Source: a virus (taxonomy: Duplodnaviria; Caudoviricetes). From it: a stretch of 64,000 nt of DNA. Shown piece after piece: positions 1 through 9,111 of the stretch (the first letter of the stretch is position 1; every line of letters starts with the position of its first letter). The notes below the pieces were generated by a model. That model was given only the letters and a program-made list of their open reading frames with translations, searched no databases and was not told the origin of the DNA. The translations under genes and the position numbers were made by a program. The stretch spans positions 1-64,000 of the IMG/VR virus record IMGVR_UViG_3300021431_000096. One strand, written 5' to 3'.

Positions 1-342
1 CTGCTGTCGGCCCTGCGCCGCGTCAACCCGTTCAGCAGCGACTCGTCGAACCTCGTCAAGCTCTCCTTCGAGGGCAACGTGCTCACCGTCACCGCCGAGG
101 ACATCGACTTCAGCCGCGCCGCCTCGGAGAACGTGCCGCTGCAGGACACCAACCTGCCCGCCCAGTTCGCCATCGGCCTGAAGAACTCGTCGCTGATGTC
201 GATGCTCCAGGTGGCCGCCAAGACCGAGAACGTCATCATCTCGCTGGCCGACGCCACCCGCGCCATCCTCATCCGTCCAGAGGATGTGAAGGACAGCACA
301 ACGGCGCTCTGTATGCCGATGCTTTTGCAAGGCGGCGAGTAA
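1..342 (+). CDS. dnaN: DNA polymerase III beta sliding clamp, C-terminal part (5' truncated by the window)
   Basis: Frame 1 reads LLSALRRVNPFSSDSSNLVKLSFEGNVLTVTAEDIDFS...IGLKNS...RAILIRP...LCMPMLL, the typical third domain and C-terminus of Bacteroidota beta clamps. Confidence 0.85.
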   Translation: MLSALRRVNPFSSDSSNLVKLSFEGNVLTVTAEDIDFSRAASENVPLQDTNLPAQFAIGLKNSSLMSMLQVAAKTENVIISLADATRAILIRPEDVKDSTTALCMPMLLQGGE

Positions 343-454
343 GTGAGCGACAAGCCGAATCGTATTCGAGCTTGGCCGAACGTGAGCCGGCTCGATGCGA
401 TTAGCATCAATAATGGACTGATTTACTATAAAATGTGAAAAAGATGCGCGAAAG

Positions 455-486
455 TTTGGTCAATATGGAAAATAGTCGTACCTTTG
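455..486 (+). promoter_or_regulatory. Canonical Bacteroidota sigma-A promoter (TTTG-N20-TACCTTTG)
   Basis: TTTG at 455-458, 20-nt spacer, TACCTTTG at 479-486; matches the -33/-7 consensus. Confidence 0.75.
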
Positions 487-489
487 CCG

Positions 490-690
490 TCGCTACAAAG
501 ACAGTGGTTAGCCACTCCGTAAGAGCGAACGGTAATCGCTCACGACATCAGGTAGTGAGCCTTTTTTATAGGCCAAGCGTTTCGCGTACCCTCGTGGTAT
601 GTCCCCAAACGGCTGCCGTCCAGAAAGATTTATGTGCTCTTCGGGGTACTGCTGTCTTTGTAGCAACTGGACGTGCAGCCGTTCCTTTGT
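490..690 (+). ncRNA. Putative structured leader / switch RNA downstream of the promoter
   Basis: Inverted repeats GCTACAAAGACAG (492-504)/CTGTCTTTGTAGC (652-664); GCTCAC/GTGAGC plus T-run (538-567); AACGGCTGCCGTCCAG (608-623)/CTGGACGTGCAGCCGTT (667-683). Confidence 0.5.
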
Positions 691-916
691 TAAATCGGCT
701 GGTAAAAAAGGCTACTATGCAGCAGGAAGAGATTTGGAGAGACAAGACATGTCGCACGGGGGTCAGTCCCCCTGTGTGGCACGACCACGAATTATTCATC
801 AGTTAAACATTCCACGTGTCGGGCTGCGGTGCGGGTCCGCGTGGTGCCCAGGGATTCTTTCAGCCCTGCCAGCGTCGCAGCCATTTAATATTAACTTAAA
901 AAGGAATATAGGCGAT

Positions 917-1453
917 ATGGAAATTACATTAGAAAATTTGCACAGGGCGATTGCAGCGCTTCGCCAGTGCGCTAACGAGAACGCAGGTAAGCCGACCGAT
1001 ACGGGCAACGTCGTGGTGGCTGGCCTTTGTACGGACGTTGCCGACTTCCTCGAAAAGGAGTTCGACACGAGACACAGGCGATGGCTGACCGATGTCAAGG
1101 TTGAGAGCATCTACAACCGCTGCCGGATCGACAAGCGGGAGTTCACCACCGCCGAGGAGCGCAGCCACGTCAGTCAGAGTAGGATGTTTGAAGGTCTGAT
1201 TGACACACGGCTGATTGAGACCCGCGAGGCCGCAGACCCCACCGACGAGTCGGGCAATATGATTGTCGTGCATTCGGAAATGCTCGTCGGCGTGAAGAAA
1301 GGCATCGACCTCGACAAGGAACTGGCGCACGAGGACTATGAACTGGGTTGTGTAGGGCTGAAGACAGAACCAAAGTTCGGGCATTTTGAGACCGACCCAG
1401 TTACAGGAAAGACAGAGTTTGTGAGACCGAAGCGGAAAGATTCTGCTGAATAA
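917..1453 (+). CDS. Hypothetical phage protein (start reassigned to ATG 917)
   Basis: ORF 599-1453; the recurrent GGCGAT-ATG start context is at 911-919. Confidence 0.65.
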   Translation: MEITLENLHRAIAALRQCANENAGKPTDTGNVVVAGLCTDVADFLEKEFDTRHRRWLTDVKVESIYNRCRIDKREFTTAEERSHVSQSRMFEGLIDTRLIETREAADPTDESGNMIVVHSEMLVGVKKGIDLDKELAHEDYELGCVGLKTEPKFGHFETDPVTGKTEFVRPKRKDSAE

Positions 1454-1467
1454 GGAGGCATAAAGAA

Positions 1468-1917
1468 ATGAAACGTGACAAGATTTATATTAGTGGTCCT
1501 GTGAGTTCTATCGGGTTAGACGAAGCACGGAGGCGGTTTGGCGAAGCGGAGAAGCATCTGCAGAAACTTGGTTTCCGTACATCAAATCCAACCAAAATGT
1601 GCTTACCAGTGTTTCTTGCTGCTCGATGCGGGAGCTGGGGGTATCGCGCTTGCGTAGTCCTTCAACTTATTTGGCTCTGCATGACGTGTCAGTGCATCTA
1701 TTTGCTGGACGGCTGGCACACGTCCGATGGCGCAAGGGCAGAGCGTGCCATCTCGCGCATCTTTGGTTTGACCGCCCTCTATGAGCAAAAGCGTAAGCCA
1801 TCGCCCGTCAGCAAGACCGCCGAAGCCTTTGCCGAACTGGGCAAGGCCGTCTCCGCCTGCGGAGTGAATGATAAGACTATCAAACCGAAAAGTAAGAAAC
1901 ATAAAAAGACTAAGTGA
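1468..1917 (+). CDS. DUF4406 family protein (nucleoside deoxyribosyltransferase-like fold)
   Basis: KIYISGPVS...F..AE..L...G....NP...C..IYLLDGW..S.GARAE motifs. Confidence 0.8.
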   Translation: MKRDKIYISGPVSSIGLDEARRRFGEAEKHLQKLGFRTSNPTKMCLPVFLAARCGSWGYRACVVLQLIWLCMTCQCIYLLDGWHTSDGARAERAISRIFGLTALYEQKRKPSPVSKTAEAFAELGKAVSACGVNDKTIKPKSKKHKKTK

Positions 1918-1919
1918 TT

Positions 1920-2279
1920 ATGAGTAAACAAGGACAGAAAAAGGAAACCGACTTTGGCGCAGTCAACAGTTGGTTGGAAGAGAATGTATTGCCGATGTTG
2001 ATGGAAAAGTGCGCAAGCCCGCTGGAGGCCATCTACCTGCTGACATCGTTCGCGAAGAATGCTGCGCTGACCATCGGAGTGGCCGCAGGACAACCGCCAA
2101 AGAGGGTGATAGCTGCCTGCAAGGATATCTTCGACAAGAAGGACTATGCCGAGGAAGCCCTGACGATGATGGCGGCACTGATGGCAAAGAAGATTGAGAA
2201 GAACGGCGGTGTGGCCGACCTCTCCGACGCTATTGACTCAGTTGAAGAGATTACACGCAAGTTGGACGAACAGAACTAA
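1920..2279 (+). CDS. Hypothetical protein
   Basis: Co-directional ORF tightly packed after DUF4406. Confidence 0.65.
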   Translation: MSKQGQKKETDFGAVNSWLEENVLPMLMEKCASPLEAIYLLTSFAKNAALTIGVAAGQPPKRVIAACKDIFDKKDYAEEALTMMAALMAKKIEKNGGVADLSDAIDSVEEITRKLDEQN

Positions 2280-2285
2280 GGCGAT

Positions 2286-2885
2286 ATGAACAAACAGGAA
2301 ATGTATCAGCAGGCTCTATCGAAAGCTATCGAGCAGGCAATAAACGGCAAGAGCGCCGTGGCGGAGTACACATCGCGGTTGGCCGAGATGAAGGCAGAAC
2401 AGATACTAATGGGAAGTCTTGGAAAGGAATTTGCGTGCAAGGGACTTGACTGCCGTGGCCGACTGGTGGCGGTAGGCTACGAGGCGAAGCGCGAATACTG
2501 GGACAGGGATAGTTATGCCTGCCGCGAAGAGACTGCGCTTATAATCACGCTGTGGTTTGCCAGGGACGTGACCGACATGATCGAGGCCAAGGGTGTGACC
2601 GATGCAGAGAAGCGCGAGTTGAAGTCCGTACAGCGACGCTACAATTATGTCAAGAAAGGCTGTTGCTTCGACCACTATTATTGTAGTGGTAGTATTGCCG
2701 ATAGCGAGAACAAGGTTGCCGAGGCAATGGAAAATATACGGAATAATTTGAACTCGCTGAAGAACGGAATCAAAGCCTTGACTTCGGCTACTTACTATTA
2801 TTCCTTAGAGAAAGTCCTGGCTGACGACTTTATGAAAATCGGCCTTAGTTACGACGGACAATCAATACTTTGCAGACCGCTTTAA
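2286..2885 (+). CDS. Hypothetical protein
   Basis: 199-aa ORF with AAGGCGAT-ATG start context. Confidence 0.7.
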   Translation: MNKQEMYQQALSKAIEQAINGKSAVAEYTSRLAEMKAEQILMGSLGKEFACKGLDCRGRLVAVGYEAKREYWDRDSYACREETALIITLWFARDVTDMIEAKGVTDAEKRELKSVQRRYNYVKKGCCFDHYYCSGSIADSENKVAEAMENIRNNLNSLKNGIKALTSATYYYSLEKVLADDFMKIGLSYDGQSILCRPL

Positions 2886-2927
2886 TTCGTGTATAAAAAG
2901 TAACAAGCAATTAAAACATTTACGATT

Positions 2928-3470
2928 ATGAGATCAAGAACAGCACAATGGTTTGAGTGCAAAATCAAGTACGAGAAGGTGATGGAGGACGGGCTGCAGA
3001 AGCAGGTCGTGGAGCAGTATGTGGTCGATGCCCTGTCGTTTGCAGAGGCGGAGCAGCGTATCACTGAGCAGATGTCGCAGTACATCAGCGGCGAGTTTGA
3101 GGTGGCCGACGTGAAGAAGGCGGCCTACAAGGAGGTGTTCTTCGACGATGACAATGCGGAGAGCGACCGCTGGTACAAGGCGAAACTGGACTTCATCACC
3201 ATCGACGAGCGGACGGAGAAGGAGAAGCGCAGCCGCGTGACCTACCTCGTGCAGGCTACCAACCTGAACCGCGCCATGAAGAATGTGGACACGGTGATGG
3301 GCGGCACGATGATCGACTACGACGCTGCCAGCATCAGCGACACGAAACTGGTGGACGTGTTTGAAACGATGGAGCAGCGAGAGCAGAACGGAGCTCGCTC
3401 CAGTTATGCCGAGTCGCGACAGAGTTCGACCGAAGGTCAATACAGCAAAGGCAACGAAGCCGAGAAGTAA
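2928..3470 (+). CDS. DUF4494 family protein, C-terminus extended by a palindromic repeat
   Basis: WFECKIKYEK...G.QK.V.E.Y.VDALSFAEAE.RI...DRWYKAKL.FITIDE...KEKR...YLVQA; tail QREQNGARSSYAESRQ derives from the repeat at 3376-3420. Confidence 0.85.
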   Translation: MRSRTAQWFECKIKYEKVMEDGLQKQVVEQYVVDALSFAEAEQRITEQMSQYISGEFEVADVKKAAYKEVFFDDDNAESDRWYKAKLDFITIDERTEKEKRSRVTYLVQATNLNRAMKNVDTVMGGTMIDYDAASISDTKLVDVFETMEQREQNGARSSYAESRQSSTEGQYSKGNEAEK

Positions 3471-3507
3471 GTTTTAACGACCACGGATTACACGGATTTT
3501 ACGGATT

Positions 3508-4275
3508 ATGATTGAACTTGACAAGATATACAACGAGGACTGCCTGCTGGGCATGAAGCGCATCGCTGACGGAGCGGTGGACTGCATCATCACGGATCTG
3601 CCGTATGGCGTACTCAATGAGCAGAGCGAGGGCGGTTCGTGGGACAGCATCATCCCGCTGGAGCCGATGTGGGAGCAGTTCAAGCGAGTGACCAAACCCA
3701 ATGCGGCCATCGTGCTGTTCTGCCAAGGCATGTTCACGGCAAAGCTGATGATGTCGCAGCCGAAGATGTGGCGATATAATCTGATATGGAAGAAAGGAAA
3801 TCGTACAAGCGGCTTTCTCAATGCGAACCGTATGCCTTTGCGTAATCACGAAGACATCGCAGTGTTTTATCAGCAACTACCGACATACAATCCGCAGAAG
3901 ATCAAAGGCGCGGTCAATCATGGTTCGGGCGATATAAAGTCGTACAAGAATCGCTGTTATGGCGATTTCAATCCAGTGGAGTGCGACAAGTCGGGAATGA
4001 AGTACCCTATATCGGTCATTGACTTTGACCGCGAGTTTGATATTGACCAAATGTCTCACCCCACCCAGAAGCCCGTCGATTTGCTGCGCTACCTTATCCT
4101 GACCTACTCCAACGAGGGTGACACCATCCTCGACGCGACGATTGGCTCAGGCACGACGGCTGTGGCGGCTCTGATGGAAAAGCGTCACTTTATCGGCTTC
4201 GAGACCAACAGGGAGTATTTCGACATCGCACAGCAGCGCATCGACGACGTGCGGCGCAATCCGACACTATTCTAA
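3508..4275 (+). CDS. N4-cytosine/N6-adenine DNA methyltransferase (beta class)
   Basis: DCL.GM...D..VD.IITDLPYG catalytic motif, HPTQKPV.L..YLI.TYSNEGD.ILD...GSGTT SAM-binding motif. Confidence 0.9.
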   Translation: MIELDKIYNEDCLLGMKRIADGAVDCIITDLPYGVLNEQSEGGSWDSIIPLEPMWEQFKRVTKPNAAIVLFCQGMFTAKLMMSQPKMWRYNLIWKKGNRTSGFLNANRMPLRNHEDIAVFYQQLPTYNPQKIKGAVNHGSGDIKSYKNRCYGDFNPVECDKSGMKYPISVIDFDREFDIDQMSHPTQKPVDLLRYLILTYSNEGDTILDATIGSGTTAVAALMEKRHFIGFETNREYFDIAQQRIDDVRRNPTLF

Positions 4276-4339
4276 ATTCGTGAAATTCGTGAAATCCGTG
4301 TTCAGAAAAAATAATTAGTAATTAACAAGCAACAGAGAT

Positions 4340-4717
4340 ATGACACGACAAGAATTAGAACGATTACGCCAGCCGTGGCCGCCGGTAATGGAGATGGCCA
4401 TGAGGGCTGGAGGTTGCGACCTGGAGCCGACGTATATTGAGGAAGGGTACGGCTGCTACTCCACGGGATTCTTCCGCTGGAAGGGGAAGGACATCGCCAT
4501 AACCATCGACGCAGGGCTGTGGCACCTGTCTGCCGCCTGCAACCACACGCTGGGCTACTACGAGCTGAAGGAGATACGCTACACGTTCCTGCCCAACGCC
4601 ATGTTCGTGGCGCAGGTGTTCCCTCCCCGCGAGGACTTCGTGAACGTGCATGAGAACTGTTTCCACCTGTGGCAGCTGGCACCAGGCGGCTACGCGGAAT
4701 ATCAAAAGGAGGACTGA
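4340..4717 (+). CDS. Conserved phage hypothetical protein
   Basis: WHLS...YYELKEIRY.F.P....AQVFPPREDFVNVHENCFHLW motif common in phage early regions. Confidence 0.7.
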   Translation: MTRQELERLRQPWPPVMEMAMRAGGCDLEPTYIEEGYGCYSTGFFRWKGKDIAITIDAGLWHLSAACNHTLGYYELKEIRYTFLPNAMFVAQVFPPREDFVNVHENCFHLWQLAPGGYAEYQKED

Positions 4718-4740
4718 ATAAATTAAAAACAAAAGGCGAT

Positions 4741-5532
4741 ATGTTGATAAAACTTACAAGTAAATGCTCGATGATGTGTCCGCATTGCATGGAGGACGCG
4801 CAGGAAACGGGACTGATGATGACGCTTGACACGTTCAAGCAGGCCGTGAAATTCGGCACGTATATAGGCAACATCCATTTCGTGCTGTCTGGCGGCGAGC
4901 CGACGGAGAACGAGCACATCACTGAAATGTGCGAATGGCTCGACATGGCTACCGGCTGCAACTTCACCATCGTGTCGAACGGCATGTGGCTGAAGGACGA
5001 GCGCAAACGTCAGCGCATCGAGTGGATAAGCCGGCTGCACTGCTACCTCGGTATGCAGGTATATACCAACAGGCAGTGGTACAAGGAATACGACTATGTG
5101 GTGAGCCACAAGCACGAATACGAGCGGTACAACAAGGTGATTGTCGATGCCGACTCTCACATCTTCATGCAGGACCTCGGGCGTGCCAGGACAAACCCCG
5201 ATGCACAGAAGGAGGTGGACCAAAACCCACACTTCATGTCGTGTCTGAACACAACGCTTGCTGCTATTCAGAAGCCCGACCCGCAGGAGTTCGGTATCAC
5301 GATGATGCTGCACCGCCAGTTCTGCAAGCCGTCGGTGGATTGCGAGGGCAACGTACACATGTCAGAGAGCCGCCTGTGCCCGTCAGTTGGCAATGTCAAT
5401 ACCGACAACTTTGCCGACATCTGGCAGCGGATGCGCGAGTTCCGCCCGTGTGGTCACTGCAGGCAGTACCGGAAGTTCATGGAAAGCCCGCGCCCCGACA
5501 TTGCAGCAGCGCGAGCCGTGATGGGGGTGTAG
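4741..5532 (+). CDS. Radical SAM protein with SPASM/twitch-like C-terminal Cys cluster
   Basis: CSMMCPHC (CxxxCxxC), SGGEPT, SNG, C-terminal C...C...CxxC; start moved to GGCGAT-ATG at 4741. Confidence 0.85.
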   Translation: MLIKLTSKCSMMCPHCMEDAQETGLMMTLDTFKQAVKFGTYIGNIHFVLSGGEPTENEHITEMCEWLDMATGCNFTIVSNGMWLKDERKRQRIEWISRLHCYLGMQVYTNRQWYKEYDYVVSHKHEYERYNKVIVDADSHIFMQDLGRARTNPDAQKEVDQNPHFMSCLNTTLAAIQKPDPQEFGITMMLHRQFCKPSVDCEGNVHMSESRLCPSVGNVNTDNFADIWQRMREFRPCGHCRQYRKFMESPRPDIAAARAVMGV

Positions 5533-5568
5533 GAAGAGCAGGAATAAATAAATTAAATTAAAGGCGAT

Positions 5569-6120
5569 ATGAACGAAAAAAAGACAACAGAGCATGCCGC
5601 GAGTGTCATCAAGGCGATGCAGGAAGAGTATGCCAAGGGCGTCATCAAGGATTGGGAGATGCCGCCGCTGGTGAACATGAAGACGGGAGAGACGACGGGC
5701 TTTGCCGTAGTGATCAATGTCGGCACGAAGTACGACTACACGGAAGAGCTGCTGACGGACTGGAAGGAGCGGTTCGATGCCGACGAGTACAAGGTAAGCG
5801 CACGGCGCAACCAACTGACCCTGACGTTCACCATTCGGACGTTTGAGCCGACGGAGGCGCACATCGCAAAGATGAGCCACGCCATCGGTCTCGACAACGA
5901 GCAGCCCGAAGAAGGTGGGTGTTATAAGGCATACCGCAACGGCTCATGGTACGACGACCCCGACCCGCTGTGGGACGAGCTTGTGCTTTCGGGCTTTGCT
6001 ACCGACCAGCGCAAACCGAAGAACTACAGCTACTACGTCACGCCGAAGGGTATGCAGTTCCTCGCACGGCATCATAAGATAATGATTAAGTACACCGAAG
6101 AATATGAGGGGAGGGACTGA
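5569..6120 (+). CDS. Hypothetical protein
   Basis: 183-aa ORF with GGCGAT-ATG start. Confidence 0.7.
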   Translation: MNEKKTTEHAASVIKAMQEEYAKGVIKDWEMPPLVNMKTGETTGFAVVINVGTKYDYTEELLTDWKERFDADEYKVSARRNQLTLTFTIRTFEPTEAHIAKMSHAIGLDNEQPEEGGCYKAYRNGSWYDDPDPLWDELVLSGFATDQRKPKNYSYYVTPKGMQFLARHHKIMIKYTEEYEGRD

Positions 6121-6123
6121 CCC

Positions 6124-6630
6124 ATGAAACAATGCGAACCACTGAAAGAGCCGCTGCACGTGCCGGAGGGATGTGCTCCATGCCCACCGGGACTCAGGAA
6201 CCGCAGACGGTATATGCCGATGGGACACGTCGGCATCGTTGCCAGCGAGCCCGTCGCAGGTGCGTCCGACCTCGTTGCCGTTGACGTAAGGACGCAGGAA
6301 CTGCCCAAGGTGTTCATGCTCCGTGAGCAGTATGACAAACTTGACCCAGCCGTCATCCGTGAGAAGCAGGAAGAGGCGCACTGCATCCTCGTGCCGGTAG
6401 AGCGTGACGAAATGGATAGGATTCGGCAGGAGTCCGTCGTATATACACCGATGCCGGAAATGCCGAAAGTGCCCGAAATCCTTTGGCAGGAGCCTTCACC
6501 TTATTACGGAGGCGCAAACATCGGCAAAGGTCATAAGCACATTGGAGGTCGGCAAGACCCCAAGGACTATGCCAAGAAGAAGAAAGCCAAGCGCCGCCAG
6601 CAGAAGCAGGCAAGGCGCAGGAATAAATAA
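6124..6630 (+). CDS. Hypothetical protein with basic C-terminal tail (KKKKAKRRQQKQARRRNK)
   Basis: ORF coupled to the upstream stop; tail shared with 63505-63675. Confidence 0.65.
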   Translation: MKQCEPLKEPLHVPEGCAPCPPGLRNRRRYMPMGHVGIVASEPVAGASDLVAVDVRTQELPKVFMLREQYDKLDPAVIREKQEEAHCILVPVERDEMDRIRQESVVYTPMPEMPKVPEILWQEPSPYYGGANIGKGHKHIGGRQDPKDYAKKKKAKRRQQKQARRRNK

Positions 6631-6648
6631 ATTAAAAGGAATACGAAT

Positions 6649-7146
6649 ATGATAGAAAAAGTATTGAACGAAACGAGCGTCACGCCGAAGATTACGCTGA
6701 CGCAGACGGAGTACAATCGCCTCGTTGAACTGGCGCAGGCCAATGCCAGGCAGATAGACGAGCGGGCAGTGGAATACTACAAGAAGAACGGTGTGTGCGG
6801 CATACATATCGACGCTTACGTCCGAGAGCAGAACGGCGGCTGCGACAGTATTGCCGACACGTTCCGCTTCGACTGCCAGCCGAGGTACGGCTACGTGACA
6901 CCATCGGACGAGTACGAGCCGAATCCCTTTGCCATCGACCGCGAGACACGGCAGCGTATTATGAAGTTTGCGGCCAACTATGCCACGTCGGCTTTCTACC
7001 GCAAGTTCGGCAAGCAACTGATGCACATCAACAACGCCGAAAGGTATGAGAGCCGTGCCCGCCGCGACTGGCTGATAGGACGAGCCGTTACGCTGACGGG
7101 CTGGCTGCTGGCCGTTCTGATGTTTGTTATCGTAATGCTGAAATAA
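6649..7146 (+). CDS. Hypothetical protein with C-terminal transmembrane helix
   Basis: 165 aa; hydrophobic end AVTLTGWLLAVLMFVIVMLK. Confidence 0.7.
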   Translation: MIEKVLNETSVTPKITLTQTEYNRLVELAQANARQIDERAVEYYKKNGVCGIHIDAYVREQNGGCDSIADTFRFDCQPRYGYVTPSDEYEPNPFAIDRETRQRIMKFAANYATSAFYRKFGKQLMHINNAERYESRARRDWLIGRAVTLTGWLLAVLMFVIVMLK

Positions 7147-7185
7147 TTCGTGAAATTCGTGAAATTATATGTTTATATGACTTTC

Positions 7186-7533
7186 CTCACGCTCGGCAGA
7201 CTTCAAGCGAGCTTGGTCTGCTCTCGCTTAATCGGAAAGTTCGTGTTCAAAGAAAACAGGGCGCTTCAGCGAGTATTCCCCCCGCTTTCTTGCGTCCCGA
7301 TGGTAGCAAGCGGCAAAGCCGAGCGATAGCCGCCCCCCGATTGGCGGGGGACTCATAATGTCCCAATTCCGCCAGCGCGATTTCGTAACTTTGCGATTGT
7401 CATCGCAGACCCTGCTCACGCTCGGCATACTGCAAACGAGTTTGCGTCTGCCCTCGCTTAATCGCAGCGTTGACTTCGCCGACCCTGCTCACGCTCGGAT
7501 GTGCTCGAACAAGATTCGGCACCTCGCTCGCTC
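7186..7533 (-). repeat. Cluster of three REP-like palindromic elements
   Basis: (G)CTCACGCTCGG...TCGCT copies at 7186-7228, 7414-7458 and 7487-7533. Confidence 0.75.
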
Positions 7534-7616
7534 AATCGCAGCGTTAGCACTCGCAAACAATGTCCGCAAGGACTGAGGCAAAAGCAGTACCTTTGCTGCT
7601 GACAGAAAAAACAAGA

Positions 7617-7670
7617 GTGCTTGCACTTTTTCCGAAAAGTGCTTGCACAATCTGGAAAGAGTGCTTGCAC
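7617..7670 (+). repeat. 3 x 22-bp direct repeats (core GTGCTTGCAC) upstream of an HU-like gene
   Basis: GTGCTTGCAC at 7617, 7639 and 7661. Confidence 0.85.
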
Positions 7671-7731
7671 TCCCTGAAAATGGCCATAAGGCAAAACGTA
7701 ATATATTTTTAATTTTTAAAACCAAAAGAAA

Positions 7732-8220
7732 ATGGCACAAATGACAATGAAGGTGCGTAAGGTGAACGCACAGAACCCAAAGACGCAGGCCAAAGGCTTT
7801 GCCGCCCGCGCCATCACCAATGGTAAGCAGTCGTTTGCAGACATCTGCGAACTGGCAGGACTGAACACCACGATGAACGTGGCTGAGCTGGAGGCTGCCG
7901 GCAAGCTGATTCTGCAGGCCGCTGCACGCGAGTTGAAGAACGGCAAGATTGTGGACCTGGGTCCCATCGGTGCCATCTACCCTGCCGTGAGCGGCAAGTG
8001 GGCTGAGAAGGCAGAGGACTTGCAGAAGAGCGACCTGACGCTGAGGGTGAACTACCGTCCGAGCGACGAGATTGACGCTGCCATCAAGGGTGCCAAGCTG
8101 GCATGGGCAAGCGCCGAGGACGAGAAGAAGGAGCAGGAGAACGGTGGCGAGAACACCACGACTGATCCTGACGAGGGCGGCAACACCAGCGGCACGGACG
8201 ATGACAATCTGGAGGGCTAA
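7732..8220 (+). CDS. HU/IHF-like DNA-binding protein (Bacteroidota extended HU family)
   Basis: F..I.E.A..NTT....E...A......A..ELKNGKIVDLGPIG.IYP.VS...VNYRPS; acidic Gly-rich tail ending LEG. Confidence 0.75.
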   Translation: MAQMTMKVRKVNAQNPKTQAKGFAARAITNGKQSFADICELAGLNTTMNVAELEAAGKLILQAAARELKNGKIVDLGPIGAIYPAVSGKWAEKAEDLQKSDLTLRVNYRPSDEIDAAIKGAKLAWASAEDEKKEQENGGENTTTDPDEGGNTSGTDDDNLEG

Positions 8221-8231
8221 ACGCCCGATGG

Positions 8232-8280
8232 CTGATGTCTGATGTCTGATGTCTGATGTAAGACGTAAGACGTAAGACAT
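8232..8280 (+). repeat. 7-bp tandem repeats (CTGATGT)n then (AAGACGT)n
   Basis: Read directly after the HU-like stop codon. Confidence 0.8.
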
Positions 8281-8383
8281 CACCACCAAGGGGTCAAGCG
8301 GGGCTGCGCGGTATGTCCGCAGCGGACAAACGTTCTTCTTACACTTACCGGCTTCGACTAACAGCCGACACCACAAGAACGCC

Positions 8384-8463
8384 GCGAGATGGGTAGCGCC
8401 ATCCGCACCCCGCTCCCTTTTTTTCAAAACGACAACGAGATTTTTTCAAATAATGGCGATATG
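8384..8463 (+). repeat. Leader repeat B, copy 1 (copy 2 at 10384-10462)
   Basis: GCGAGATGGGTAGCGCCATCCGCACCCCGCTCCCT(n)CAAAACGACAACGAGATTTTTTCAAATAATGGCGATATG; copies differ only in T-run length. Confidence 0.9.
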
Positions 8464-9108
8464 AAACTACAAGACGCAATTAAAGGATTTATGACGTTTG
8501 CGATAATCATCGTGAACATTCTATGGGCGGCATGGATATTTGCCGCTATTTGGCGAGGACTTGACCTCACCACAGTATTCAACTCCTTGCTCATGGCGAC
8601 GCTCTGCCTGCTATGCTGGCTGATGTCAAGACGGATGGAACGACTGGCGAACACCAACGCGATGTTGGCCGAAGAGGTGCAGCGGCTGGAAGACGTGAAG
8701 AAGTTCGTTGCCGCCCTGCGCGACATCGCAAAGCACCGTGAGTGGGACAGCGAGGTGGCCGACGTTATGAAGGAGCACTTCGACGAGAACGAACCGCACG
8801 ACACGCCGAAAGTGACGGTAGGGTTTACTAATGATGTGGCCGAGGAAGACCATGAACTGCTCTACGACATCGCAAAGGAAAGTGCGAATGCGATTGTTGG
8901 CCTTGTGAAGGAGAAGAACGAAGACGGTCTGATAATGACCGCAGACGCTCTTGCATCAGAGTGGCGCAAGCGCACCAAGCACGACTATGGCAACCACCGC
9001 CCAGGTGTCCGCATCGACTTTCGCTCGTTTGCGGATGACGGCATCGTGGTCGTAAAGTTCGACCTTGATACGGTAACAAAAGGAACGGAAAGCGTTAAGG
9101 AGGACTGA
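8461..9108 (+). CDS. Membrane protein with two N-terminal TM helices and a coiled coil
   Basis: Start at the end of repeat B; hydrophobic segments FMTFAIIIVNILWAAWIFAAIW and VFNSLLMATLCLLCWLM. Confidence 0.7.
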   Translation: MKLQDAIKGFMTFAIIIVNILWAAWIFAAIWRGLDLTTVFNSLLMATLCLLCWLMSRRMERLANTNAMLAEEVQRLEDVKKFVAALRDIAKHREWDSEVADVMKEHFDENEPHDTPKVTVGFTNDVAEEDHELLYDIAKESANAIVGLVKEKNEDGLIMTADALASEWRKRTKHDYGNHRPGVRIDFRSFADDGIVVVKFDLDTVTKGTESVKED

Positions 9109-9111
9109 CGT

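Noticed and set aside
435-806. 123-aa ORF (Ash-like appearance)
   Set aside because: Its start lies upstream of or within the promoter and it spans the structured leader, so it is more likely a by-product of the RNA element; a short product from ATG 717 cannot be excluded.
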